The notes beneath the pieces were generated by a model that saw nothing but the letters and a program-made list of their open reading frames with translations, ran no database searches and was not told the origin of the DNA. A program made the translations under genes and the position numbers. From Collinsella sp. (GTDB lineage Bacteria; Actinomycetota; Coriobacteriia; Coriobacteriales; Coriobacteriaceae), in assembly GCA_048207125.1 (NCBI GenBank), contig DBEWRE010000003.1, positions 3,846-67,845 on the forward strand: a stretch of DNA of 64,000 bases, written 5' to 3'. Below, in pieces: positions 45,040 through 53,929 of the stretch. Position 1 is the first letter of the stretch. Every line of letters starts with the position of its first letter.

Positions 45040-45963
45040 ATGGAACCGCTTGAAACAATCACCCCGGACGCGTGCGCCTCCTCGCGAGACCGCCGACGCG
45101 AAGACATCGCTGGGGTGCGGGAGCAATTGCATCTACATATCCTTGGCAGCGGGTCCAAGGGAAACTGCGCTCTTGTCGAGGGGCCGCAAGGGCTCATCAT
45201 GATCGACAACGGCTTCTCCCGCCGCGAGACGCTCGGCCGCATGCACCAGCTTGGACTGAGCGAGCGCAACGTCCGCGCCCTCATCATCACGCACGAGCAC
45301 AGCGACCATGTCAAAGGCGTTGGCGTCTGGACCCGAGGTTTCTCCACGCCGGTCTTCGCAACCCGCGGCACCATGGCGGCCCGCGCGGGCCTCGCAGGGA
45401 TCGGCGCGGTCGAATTCGACCCTGGAGACCAACTCGATATCGCGGGCGTGCGAGTGCGGACCTTTTCAACCTCTCACGACGTCATAAACCCCTGCGGCAT
45501 GGTGTTCTCCCTGGACAGCACCATCGTCCAGAACACTGATGACGATGCAGGCGACACCATCGGCTTTGTTACCGACACCGGATCCCTAAGCGATGACGCC
45601 ATATCGCTGCTGCGCGGCGTGCGCGTCCTTGCACTCGAAAGCAACCATGACGTACCCATGTTGCGCTGCGGTCCGTATCCGCGCCAGCTGCAAGACAGAA
45701 TCATCTCCGACCACGGCCACCTCTCGAACGAGCAAGCCGCCCGCGTCGCCGCGCAACTGGTTACCGACAACACGCAATCGCTGGTAGCCATGCATATTTC
45801 TCAAGAAAACAACCGTCCCAGCCTTGCCGTCCGAGCGCTCGCGCAAGCCGTTGGCGCACAGCTTGATAACGAGCTTGGCTCTTCGGCAACCCTCGAGCGC
45901 GCCGGCACCAAATCACTCCGCGTTCGCGCCGCCGGGCAAAACAGACCCTTCACCCTGCTGTAA
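45040..45963 (+). CDS. MBL-fold metallo-hydrolase
   Basis: The ATG at 45040 has GGGAG 5 nt upstream (307 aa). Metal motif ITHEHSDHVKG (HxHxDH). Transcribed divergently from tilS across a 44-bp spacer. Confidence 0.8.
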   Translation: MEPLETITPDACASSRDRRREDIAGVREQLHLHILGSGSKGNCALVEGPQGLIMIDNGFSRRETLGRMHQLGLSERNVRALIITHEHSDHVKGVGVWTRGFSTPVFATRGTMAARAGLAGIGAVEFDPGDQLDIAGVRVRTFSTSHDVINPCGMVFSLDSTIVQNTDDDAGDTIGFVTDTGSLSDDAISLLRGVRVLALESNHDVPMLRCGPYPRQLQDRIISDHGHLSNEQAARVAAQLVTDNTQSLVAMHISQENNRPSLAVRALAQAVGAQLDNELGSSATLERAGTKSLRVRAAGQNRPFTLL

Positions 45964-46005
45964 GCCAACGCGGCAAGCCCGCGTACCCCGCAATGGCACC
46001 CGTTC

Positions 46006-46041
46006 ATAAAAAGGGAGGCAGCCCGTTACGGACCGCCTCCC
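46006..46041 (-). terminator. Rho-independent terminator of hsp20
   Basis: Stem GGGAGGC / GCCTCCC (46013..46019 and 46035..46041). On the minus strand it is followed by TTTTTAT. It lies ~50 nt downstream of the stop at 46090. Confidence 0.6.
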
Positions 46042-46089
46042 GCATCGCGCTTCCAGCGTTATCGAAGCCTTCGCTTCCGCAGCGCCATG

Positions 46090-46524
46090 CTAGTCGATAG
46101 CCACCTTGGTGACGTTCTTCTTCTCAACAAACTTGGGCACGCCCACCGTCAGCACGCCGTCGGCATACCGAGCGGTCAGACCCTCGCATGCGGCGTCCTT
46201 CAAGTACACGCCACGGGTGGCGGAGTAGGATACAAACTCCTTCTGCAGGTAGTTCTTACCCTTGTCCTCCTCCTTCTCCTCCACGTTCACGGAGATGGAG
46301 AGGCGCCCCTCGTTAAGCTCGACGTCGATGTCGTCCTTGCTCACGCCGGTGAGATACGCCTTCACCTCGTATGCGTCGCCCTTATCCTCGACATCGATCG
46401 GAAACGCCTTGGTCGCCAAAGGCGAGCTCGCGATATCCATCATGTCATCGAATGCATCGAACAGCGAAGCGGGGACGACGGGACGAACGCCAAAAACAGA
46501 ACGATACGGAACCATGTTAGCCAT
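46090..46524 (-). CDS. Hsp20/alpha-crystallin family small heat-shock protein
   Basis: 144 aa. The alpha-crystallin domain reads IDVEDKGDAYEVKAYLTGVSKDDIDVEL...GVLTVGVPK. ATG with TAAGGAGTGA SD. Confidence 0.9.
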   Translation of the reverse strand: MANMVPYRSVFGVRPVVPASLFDAFDDMMDIASSPLATKAFPIDVEDKGDAYEVKAYLTGVSKDDIDVELNEGRLSISVNVEEKEEDKGKNYLQKEFVSYSATRGVYLKDAACEGLTARYADGVLTVGVPKFVEKKNVTKVAID

Positions 46525-46845
46525 ACCTGGTCACTCCTTAGTAATGCCACGCCCCGCCTGTGGGGGCGCTGGACTTCGTTGACGCTGTTGTTATTCCCGT
46601 GACGGCACAACTTAAACTCATCTAGAAAGATTTTTTAAGCGTCACATAGTTATCAAATCTAAGTCCTCATGACTGAGATTTCTAATACGGCGGCGAAGTA
46701 CCGGTGAAACCGTGCCCCAAACCCGGCTGCACCCGTCCCAGGATGCGGGACTGCTGTGAAAAGCGGGGCCAGAGGGCCGCCCGGCGCGGTGCAGCGAGAA
46801 GGGACAGCGTACAATCTATGCATACGCAATCGACTGAAGGAACGC

Positions 46846-47325
46846 ATGGTCGAACAGGACAGAGCGCAGACAAGCTGGGGCGCGGAAAAACCCGGCACGG
46901 CAGCCAACGAGCCCGCGAGGCGCGATAACCGCCCCTCGCCCGACATGTTCCGAAGCGAGGCCCAGCGCGCAGGTCGCCGGCACATGGGCGTCGCAACCTC
47001 CGATCCCCAATACCTCCCGCTCACGCCGCAAGAGCAGGCGCGCGAGCGAGCGCTCGCCCGAGAACAGCAGCGATCCCAGGTCGCCGGCCAGCAACCCGAC
47101 CACCGCGGCGCAGGCCCTCGTCCCGCCCATCCCATGCAGGCCGTCCAACCCGGAACGCATCGCAGCCTCCAGCACTCCGAACGCTACCTGTCGACGCCAA
47201 AGCCCGGCAAGACCATCTTCAAATCTCGTTACGAGAAACAAAGGCGCCACACCAAAGCCATCCTGCTCGCGACGCTGATTCCTGCAATCGCCATAGGTCT
47301 TATCTGGCTTTTCTTCCTTCGATAA
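46846..47325 (+). CDS. hypothetical tail-anchored Gln/Arg/Pro-rich protein
   Basis: 159 aa from the ATG at 46846 (GAAGGAA upstream). It is hydrophilic and low-complexity, with a single C-terminal TM helix AILLATLIPAIAIGLIWLFFL. It ends 51 nt before the cysteine desulfurase gene. No family recognised, so coding status is uncertain. Confidence 0.4.
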   Translation: MVEQDRAQTSWGAEKPGTAANEPARRDNRPSPDMFRSEAQRAGRRHMGVATSDPQYLPLTPQEQARERALAREQQRSQVAGQQPDHRGAGPRPAHPMQAVQPGTHRSLQHSERYLSTPKPGKTIFKSRYEKQRRHTKAILLATLIPAIAIGLIWLFFLR

Positions 47326-47376
47326 CGCGCAGCGTCTCTCATAGACCCATAGCTCCCGCCCCCAAGGAGGCCCGTC

Positions 47377-48621
47377 ATGGCGCATGACGCCAACCCCTAC
47401 ATCTACGCAGATAACGCGGCGACAACCCCGTTGTCACCCCTCGCCCTTGAAGCTATGATGCCCTACCTCACCGGTGAGTTTGGCAACCCCAGCGGCATCC
47501 ATCGCGTCGCACGAGACGCCGCGCTTGCGCTCTCAGACGCGCGCAGCCGCATCGCCGCCCATTTAGGGGCGAGGCGGCCGGACGAGATGTACTTCACCAG
47601 CGGCGGATCGGAATCGGACAACTGGATTCTTCGCGGCGCGGTCCGGCGATTCAAAGACGCCCATGGCCCAAACGCCGTTCCCCGCGTGATCACCAGCGCC
47701 ATCGAGCACCATGCCATCCTGCACTGCTGCGCGTCCCTTGAGCACGAGGGCGTAAAGATCACCTATCTCCCCGTCGACGACTGCGGGCGAATCCGTGCAG
47801 AGGACCTCGAGGCCGCACTCGTCGCCAACGAAGCCGCCTCCGGCATGGAAGCCGGCGCGACGGCCCTCGTCTCCATCATGCTCGCCAACAACGAGGTGGG
47901 AACCATCGAGCCCATCGCCCGTCTCGCCCGCATAGCCCACGCGCACGGGGTGCCGCTACACACCGATGCCGTCCAAGCCGTCGGCCACATTCCCGTCGAC
48001 GTATCGGAGCTCGACGTCGACGCGCTCTCCCTTTCCGCCCACAAGTTCCATGGACCCCGAGGCATCGGCGCCTTGTACCTTCGAGACGGCTTCTCCATCC
48101 CACCGCTCATCGCGGGCGGCGCGCAGGAGCGCGGGGAGCGCGCGGGCACGGAAAACCTTGCGGGCATCGTCGGCATGGCCGCCGCACTCGAACAGCAGTC
48201 CGGCCTCCTCAACGCTGCGGACGATAATCCCTCGCGACGCATCGCCTCCATGCGAGACGAACTCGTCGCCCATATATGCGATGCATGCGAAGGCGTTCAA
48301 CCAACCGGCGACCCTTCATGCCGGCTCCCCTCTATCGCGTCGCTCACCTGCGACGGCGTCGACGGAGAGCTTTTGGTTGTCCTGCTCGACCGCGCGGGCG
48401 TTGCCGCCGCGACGGGATCCGCATGCTCGACAGGCTCCACCGATCCCTCGCATGTCCTAACCGCCATGGGCATCGAGCCCCTACGGGCCAGGGGTGCGCT
48501 GAGGCTCTCGCTTGCGGACGATATCACGCGCGAGGACCTCGACCTTCTCAAAGAGCGCGTTCCCGCTGCGATCAAGCAAGCACGGCTCATGAGCGGTATC
48601 GCAGGAGCCTGCGAACGCTAG
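47377..48621 (+). CDS. cysteine desulfurase (NifS/IscS class V aminotransferase)
   Basis: 414 aa; ATG with AAGGAGG SD. PLP lysine motif SLSAHKFHGPRGIGALY. Active-site Cys region GSACSTGS. Confidence 0.9.
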   Translation: MAHDANPYIYADNAATTPLSPLALEAMMPYLTGEFGNPSGIHRVARDAALALSDARSRIAAHLGARRPDEMYFTSGGSESDNWILRGAVRRFKDAHGPNAVPRVITSAIEHHAILHCCASLEHEGVKITYLPVDDCGRIRAEDLEAALVANEAASGMEAGATALVSIMLANNEVGTIEPIARLARIAHAHGVPLHTDAVQAVGHIPVDVSELDVDALSLSAHKFHGPRGIGALYLRDGFSIPPLIAGGAQERGERAGTENLAGIVGMAAALEQQSGLLNAADDNPSRRIASMRDELVAHICDACEGVQPTGDPSCRLPSIASLTCDGVDGELLVVLLDRAGVAAATGSACSTGSTDPSHVLTAMGIEPLRARGALRLSLADDITREDLDLLKERVPAAIKQARLMSGIAGACER

Positions 48622-48654
48622 CTAGCACCTCATCGGCAGCATCAAACCTGCACG

Positions 48655-48690
48655 CAAAAGAGGGGCCCATCATCGTTGATGGACCCCTCT
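48655..48690. terminator. shared hairpin terminator between convergent cysteine desulfurase and phosphoglucomutase genes
   Basis: 13-bp stem with one mismatch, AGAGGGGCCCATC / GATGGACCCCTCT (48659..48671 and 48678..48690). On the minus strand it is followed by TTTTGCG. The T tract on the plus strand is weak. Confidence 0.55.
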
Positions 48691-48783
48691 CTATCATCGT
48701 GTTACACCGCGCTAGCTAACATCCTCAAGCAGCAAGCCCGCAAACGCAGCGGCAACAGCGCAGATCGCGGAACGGCAAGCAAA

Positions 48784-50478
48784 CTAGGACAGAAGTTTGC
48801 GACCGTCTTCCTCGATGGCGTCGATGAGCGCGTCGGCGGCAGCCGCATCCTCGCCCTTGGCGAAGATGTACAGCTTGATCTTGGGCTCGGTGCCGGACGG
48901 ACGGACGATCGCCTTGTTGCCGCCCTCCAGGTCGAACTCGATAACATCGGCTGCGGGCAGGCCGTTGACGCAGGTAGCGTAATCGACAACCGCCTCCACC
49001 TTGGAACCGGCGACCTCTGCCGGCGTCTCGGCACGCAGCGACTTCATGATGCCGGCCATCTTCGCAGCGCCGTCCGCGCCGGGATAGCTCAGCGAGACGG
49101 TCTTGTTGTGATAGTAGCCGTGCTTCTCGTACAGATCGCGCATGGCCTCGACCAGATTCTTGCCCTGCAGCTTGTAGTACTGGGCCATCTGGCAGATAAG
49201 CATAGAGGCGTTGACGGCGTCCTTGTCGCGCACATGGTCGCCGGAGAGGTAGCCGTAGCTCTCCTCAAAGCCAAAGATGAAGCGGTCGACCTCGCCGGCG
49301 TCGGACAGGCCCGTGATGATGTCGCCGATGTACTTGAAGCCGGTCAGGCAACGGCGCAGCTCGAAGCCGTACTCCGCAGCCAGGGCGTCAACCATGGCGG
49401 AAGAAACGATGGTGGTGACGGCGACCTTGTTCGAGAGGTCCTCGCCGCGCTCGGCGCGCATCTTGCAGATGTAGTCGAGCAGCAAGACGCCCATCTCGTT
49501 GCCGGTCAGCAGCGTATAGTCGTCCCCATCGGCGCAAGCGACGCCCACGCGGTCGGCATCCGGGTCGGTCGCGAGCAGCAGATCGGGCTTGACCTCCTGG
49601 CACAGATCGATGCCCTTCTGCATGGCCTCGCGGATCTCGGGGTTGGGATACGGGCAGGTCGGGAAGTCGCCGTCGGGGTCCTTCTGCTCGGGAACAACGG
49701 TGATATCCGTCACGCCCACCTTGTTCAAAACGGTGGTGACCGGGATCAGGCCGGTGCCGTTGAGCGGGGTGTAGACCAGCTTGAGCGGAGCGTTGGCGAT
49801 CTGCTCGTCAGTGAGGTTGTTCACGGACTTGTCGGCGACGGCATCGTAATACGCGTCCAACACCTCGTCGTCGATCCACTTGACCAAGCCCTGCTCGACG
49901 GCGGCGTCAAAGTCCATGGTCTTGATATCCTTGAACGGATCGCACGCGTTCATGGCAGCGGAGATTGCATCGGCCGCCTCGCTGGTGATCTGGCAGCCGT
50001 CGGGGCCGTAGGCCTTGTAGCCATTGTAGGGCGCCGGGTTGTGGCTCGCGGTCATGCAGATGCCGCCGGAGCACTTAAGATAGCGGGTAGCCCAGGACAG
50101 GGTGGGCACCGGCGAGATCTTGGGATAGACGTAGGAGGTCACGCCGTTTGCGGCCAGGATCGCAGCGGTGGTCTTAACAAACAGCTCGCCCTTGTTGCGG
50201 CTATCGCGAGCGATGGCGACCGTGGGGTTCTCGAACGTCTTGTTCAGATAGTCGGCAAAACCCTGAGTGGCACGGCCGACCGTGTAGATATTCATGCGAT
50301 TGGTGCCGGCGCCGATCGTTCCGCGCAAGCCGGCGGTACCAAAAGCAAGATCCTGGAAGAACGCATCGGTGATAGCGTCCTCGTCCCCTGCCTCCTGCAT
50401 CGCCTTGAGCTCTGCTAGAAGCTCGGCGTCCGTTACATTTGCAAGCCACGTATCCAGAAGCTCGTGCACATCTACCAT
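48784..50478 (-). CDS. phosphoglucomutase / phospho-sugar mutase (alpha-D-phosphohexomutase family)
   Basis: 564 aa. Active-site phosphoserine motif TASHNPAPYNGYK. Metal loop TDPDADR. Sugar-binding region GFEESYG. Confidence 0.9.
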   Translation of the reverse strand: MVDVHELLDTWLANVTDAELLAELKAMQEAGDEDAITDAFFQDLAFGTAGLRGTIGAGTNRMNIYTVGRATQGFADYLNKTFENPTVAIARDSRNKGELFVKTTAAILAANGVTSYVYPKISPVPTLSWATRYLKCSGGICMTASHNPAPYNGYKAYGPDGCQITSEAADAISAAMNACDPFKDIKTMDFDAAVEQGLVKWIDDEVLDAYYDAVADKSVNNLTDEQIANAPLKLVYTPLNGTGLIPVTTVLNKVGVTDITVVPEQKDPDGDFPTCPYPNPEIREAMQKGIDLCQEVKPDLLLATDPDADRVGVACADGDDYTLLTGNEMGVLLLDYICKMRAERGEDLSNKVAVTTIVSSAMVDALAAEYGFELRRCLTGFKYIGDIITGLSDAGEVDRFIFGFEESYGYLSGDHVRDKDAVNASMLICQMAQYYKLQGKNLVEAMRDLYEKHGYYHNKTVSLSYPGADGAAKMAGIMKSLRAETPAEVAGSKVEAVVDYATCVNGLPAADVIEFDLEGGNKAIVRPSGTEPKIKLYIFAKGEDAAAADALIDAIEEDGRKLLS

Positions 50479-50683
50479 GGTTGCAGCCTTTCCCTTGTAC
50501 TCCCAATTGACATGATGCTCCGTCGGGGTCGACGGGTGATAGGTGGACGAATATTCTTTTGGACGAAAAAACGCCTACCTTTTTGCATCATACGGCAATT
50601 GCCCCTAGCCGATAAGGAAATATTGGCAGGCGTTTACGTTTGGGCGGTGGAGCGGCGGCGCCTCCGTGCTTCCCTACCCGGTG

Positions 50684-50725
50684 AAAACAGAAATGGCCCC
50701 GCACGAGGCGGAGCCATATCTTTTC
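50684..50725 (-). terminator. hairpin terminator downstream of tRNA-Lys (T tracts on both strands)
   Basis: 10-bp stem with one mismatch, ATGGCCCCGC / GCGGAGCCAT (50693..50702 and 50708..50717). On the minus strand it is followed by TTCTGTTTTC; on the plus strand by ATCTTTTCC. Confidence 0.5.
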
Positions 50726-50737
50726 CGTTCCAATGGA

Positions 50738-50813
50738 TGGTGGGCCGTCAGGGGTTCGAACCCTGGGCCTTGGGATTAAAAGTCCCCTGCTCTGCCAACT
50801 GAGCTAACGGCCC
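50738..50813 (-). tRNA. tRNA-Lys (anticodon UUU), CCA encoded
   Basis: The reverse complement folds as a 76-nt cloverleaf. Acceptor GGGCCGT/ACGGCCC; D-arm GCTC-AGTTGGCA-GAGC. The anticodon loop is CTTTTAA and the T-arm is CAGGG-TTCGAAC-CCCTG. The 3' end is ACCA. Confidence 0.9.
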
Positions 50814-50821
50814 GCAGAGGC

Positions 50822-50830
50822 ATTGTAACA
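50822..50830 (-). promoter_or_regulatory. extended -10 promoter element for tRNA-Lys
   Basis: On the minus strand TGTTACAAT (TGn + TACAAT) ends 8 nt upstream of tRNA position 1. No convincing -35 was found. Confidence 0.35.
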
Positions 50831-50925
50831 CGGTTGGGGGAAAGTTGGTTTATCAACACATTACCCAAATTGGCAAGCACCGCAGCGCCGCGTACCGCAA
50901 ACTCCGTGACCGATCGAGAGCGCCG

Positions 50926-52206
50926 CTACTCCCAAGCCCACTGGCCGTTTACGAACACGGGGACCTCGGATCCATCGGCACGGATGCCGGTGATATCCAT
51001 GTCATCCGTTCCGATCATAAAGTCGACGTGCGTTGCAGACGTGTTGACACCAGCAGCACGGAGCTCCTCGGGAGACATGTCGTAGCCGCCCTCGTAGCAC
51101 TCGGGAAAACCAACGCCCAGCGCTAGATGGCAGCTTGCGTTCTCATCGTAGAGCGTGTCGTAGAACAAGATCTCGCTCTCGCGAATAGGCGTGTTCTTCG
51201 AGATGAGAGCGACTTCGCCCAGTCGACGGGCGCCCTCGTCCGTGTTGAGGATGCTCGCCAGGGTATCCTTACCGATGGCGGCGTCAAAATCAACCACGCT
51301 GCCGTTTTCGAAACGCAGCCAGAAGCGATCGATTTTGTTGCCATGACGCACCAAGGGCAATGCGGAGTAGACGACGCCGTCCACCTGATCGCAATGGGGA
51401 GAAGTGAAGACCTCCTCGGTAGGGATATTGGGGAAGAACGGATGCCCCTCGGGCGTCTCGCACTTGCCTCCAGCCCACAAATGGCCTTCGGGCATGCCCA
51501 CGGTAAGATCCGTTCCGTTTTCCGAACGATAGCGCAATGCCTTGAAATGGCACTCGTTCAGCAAGCGAAGGTTCTTCTCGAACGTGGCGTCGTGCAGCTC
51601 CCAATCGCTCTCGGGATCCTCGCCGTCGGCTCGTGCCACCGAGAGAATGGCGCACCACAAGCGGTAGATGGCGACCTCGTCCTCAACGCCCGGGAATACG
51701 GTGCGCGCCCATGCCGCCACGGGGGCGCCGGCGATGCACCAGGGGTTGATATTGAAGTCCAAGCCATGGCGGAAGGAGCTGCACTGGGTATTGCGCGCCT
51801 TGCTTGCGGCCGCAGGCTTGGCGGGGTCGATGCCCTTGAGCGCCTCGGGGTCCGCTCCCTCGACAAAAATAAAGCAGGCACCGTCTTCTGCCAGCGAATT
51901 GAGCTGGAGTTTCTGCCACTCGGGAACGTTCTCGAACCACGCGGTCTCGACGTTCTCGTACGTCATGCGAGAGACCTCGTCATCACCCCAGATCACCGTG
52001 ACGTGGCCGGCGCCCGCAGCGTAAGCGCGCTTCACCAGTAGGCGGGCGAACGCCGCGCACTCGACGGGACTCTGGACAACAACTTCTTGGCCAGGCTTTA
52101 CGTTGACGCCCTTGCGAACAACCAAGTTCGCGTACCGCTCGATCGCGGGCGCGAGCTTCTGCATTCCCAAACGAGCGTCTTCACAGGTGTACTCAAGCAG
52201 AGACAT
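50926..52206 (-). CDS. M29 family aminopeptidase (AmpS/PepS-like)
   Basis: 426 aa from the ATG at 52206 (GAGGGGA SD). The N-terminus LAPAIERYANLVVRKGVNVKPGQEVVV...AYAAGAGHVTVIW is typical of thermophilic-metalloprotease M29. The track ORF extends 69 codons further upstream. Confidence 0.85.
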   Translation of the reverse strand: MSLLEYTCEDARLGMQKLAPAIERYANLVVRKGVNVKPGQEVVVQSPVECAAFARLLVKRAYAAGAGHVTVIWGDDEVSRMTYENVETAWFENVPEWQKLQLNSLAEDGACFIFVEGADPEALKGIDPAKPAAASKARNTQCSSFRHGLDFNINPWCIAGAPVAAWARTVFPGVEDEVAIYRLWCAILSVARADGEDPESDWELHDATFEKNLRLLNECHFKALRYRSENGTDLTVGMPEGHLWAGGKCETPEGHPFFPNIPTEEVFTSPHCDQVDGVVYSALPLVRHGNKIDRFWLRFENGSVVDFDAAIGKDTLASILNTDEGARRLGEVALISKNTPIRESEILFYDTLYDENASCHLALGVGFPECYEGGYDMSPEELRAAGVNTSATHVDFMIGTDDMDITGIRADGSEVPVFVNGQWAWE

Positions 52207-52261
52207 ATATCGTTCCCCTCTCGCGCGCACGGACGGATCCGTAAAGGAGGCCGCGCATCGC

Positions 52262-52307
52262 ATCAAACGAAAGACGGGCACGCCCCATGCCGGTGGCGCG
52301 CCCGTCT
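52262..52307 (-). terminator. Rho-independent terminator after the purC-membrane protein pair
   Basis: 12-bp stem with one mismatch, AGACGGGCACGC / GCGCGCCCGTCT (52272..52283 and 52296..52307). On the minus strand it is followed by TTCGTTTGAT. Confidence 0.6.
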
Positions 52308-52381
52308 TCTCATCACTACCAAACAGCGGACTTGAGTTATACCCTCTTTGTCCGCCGCGTTGCAACGCATCGACAGCGATA

Positions 52382-52966
52382 TTACTTGCCCTTGCGCGCT
52401 TTGCGCTCCGCATCCTTTGCCATAGCGCGCTCGATAACGTCGTTGAGCTTGGCTTCGCTCATGCCCTCGGCGGTAGCGCGGGCCTGGTTGCGAATAGGAC
52501 GAATGCGAACCATGTCATAGATGAAGCCGCCGATGATGCACACGTACGCCATCGCGATCGCGGCGAACTCGATCTTCTGGTACATGCCGCCGTTGTCCTC
52601 GCCGTATACCATGAGAAGCGCCCAGCCGATGAGGATGAACACCAGTCCAAGGGCCATCACGATCCAGAACTTGGTGCGACGGGGCTTGTACTCCGGGTCT
52701 TCCTTCATCAGCACATTGGAAGCGCTGTAGATAAGGTCCTCTTGGCGACGGAGCTCGGCCTTGCGGGCCTTCTTCTCCTCGCGAGACAGACCAGAAAGGT
52801 CCTCGCCGCGCTCAAGCTGCTTGCGCTTGTCCTTGGCACTCGCCGGAACCACGCGGACGGAAGCCGCTGCGGCGCGGGCGGGCTTGGCGGAACCCGCCGA
52901 CTTGCGGGTCATACCGCTGCCAGCGCGCTCCTGGTTACGCTTGTTCATGGGACTACGGGTGCTCAC
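52382..52966 (-). CDS. hypothetical membrane protein (basic N-terminal half, two TM helices)
   Basis: 194 aa. The GTG start at 52966 immediately follows the purC stop and has AAGGAG 9 nt upstream. The N-terminal half is Lys/Arg-rich. TM helices: FWIVMALGLVFILIGWALLMV and FAAIAMAYVCIIGGFIY. No family recognised. Confidence 0.55.
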   Translation of the reverse strand: MSTRSPMNKRNQERAGSGMTRKSAGSAKPARAAAASVRVVPASAKDKRKQLERGEDLSGLSREEKKARKAELRRQEDLIYSASNVLMKEDPEYKPRRTKFWIVMALGLVFILIGWALLMVYGEDNGGMYQKIEFAAIAMAYVCIIGGFIYDMVRIRPIRNQARATAEGMSEAKLNDVIERAMAKDAERKARKGK

Positions 52967-53854
52967 TTACGCTTGCTCCTTCATGGATTCGAACTTCTCG
53001 CCGGTGATGATTTCATATGCCTCGCGGTAACGGGCGGACGTGCCCTCGATAACCTCCGCAGGCAGATGTGGTGCATCGCCGGTCATGTCCCAATTGGCAG
53101 TCAGCCAATTACGGACATACTGCTTGTCATAGCTGGGCTGGACCTTGCCCTCCTCATAGGTGTCGGCGGGCCAGAAGCGGCTGGAGTCCGGGGTGAGGCA
53201 CTCATCGATCAAGGTCACCTTGCCGTCGATGATGCCGAACTCGAACTTGGTGTCCGCGATGATGATGCCACGGGTTGCAGCATACTCAGCGGCAGCCGTG
53301 TAGATCTTCAGCGACAGGTCACGTAGCTGGCTCGCGATATCCTCGCCCACGAGCTCGACGCAGCGCTCATAGGAGATGTTCTCGTCATGATCGCCGATCG
53401 CGGCCTTGGTAGAGGGGGTGAACAGCGGCTCGGGCAGCTTGGAAGCCTCGACCAGGCCTTCGGGCAGCTTGATGCCGCACACGGTGCCGTCCTTGTCGTA
53501 GGTCTTCTTGCCGGAACCAGTCAGATAGCCGCGGACGATGCACTCGACCATGATGGGCTCGGCCTTCTTGACCAGCATCGAGCGGCCGGAGAGGTAGTCG
53601 GCGTACTCGGCGTACTCCGCGGGGAAGTCGGCGGTGTCGATGGAGACCAGATGGTTGGGGACTATATCGGCGAACTTCTTGAACCAGAACTCGGAGATGC
53701 GGTTCAGGATCTCGCCCTTAAACGGAATCTCGTCCGGAAGGATATAGTCGAACGCAGAGATGCGGTCGGTTGCAACCATCAACAGGTTGTCGCCGGTATC
53801 GTAGATATCGCGAACTTTGCCGCGGGAATCGGGACGACGCTCCATTGTCGACAC
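52967..53854 (-). CDS. purC: phosphoribosylaminoimidazole-succinocarboxamide synthase (SAICAR synthetase)
   Basis: Motifs: GKVRDIYD, LLMVATDRISAFD, ADTKFEFG. The GTG at 53854 has AAGGAG 9 nt upstream. The ATG at 53845 is the alternative start; the track start at 53905 is unlikely. Confidence 0.9.
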   Translation of the reverse strand: MSTMERRPDSRGKVRDIYDTGDNLLMVATDRISAFDYILPDEIPFKGEILNRISEFWFKKFADIVPNHLVSIDTADFPAEYAEYADYLSGRSMLVKKAEPIMVECIVRGYLTGSGKKTYDKDGTVCGIKLPEGLVEASKLPEPLFTPSTKAAIGDHDENISYERCVELVGEDIASQLRDLSLKIYTAAAEYAATRGIIIADTKFEFGIIDGKVTLIDECLTPDSSRFWPADTYEEGKVQPSYDKQYVRNWLTANWDMTGDAPHLPAEVIEGTSARYREAYEIITGEKFESMKEQA

Positions 53855-53929
53855 AGAGATCAACTCCTTTATATATGTTGCCACGTAACGCTGCCGCGGC
53901 CCCAACCCATAGGGGCTGGCCCTTCGCAG

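Noticed and set aside
46525-46755. Searched the hsp20 upstream region for CIRCE (TTAGCACTC-N9-GAGTGCTAA) or HAIR (CTTGAGT-N7-ACTCAAG) operators
   Set aside because: Only weak 6-bp inverted hexamers are present (CTTAAA...TTTAAG, TGACGC...GCGTCA), with no match to either consensus.
48676-50418. 580-aa plus-strand ORF opposite the phosphoglucomutase gene
   Set aside because: It is a shadow ORF. The minus strand carries the TASHNP phosphoserine motif. The same reasoning applies to 53387..55108 (opposite the histidine kinase) and 52103..53326 (opposite purC and the adjacent membrane-protein gene).
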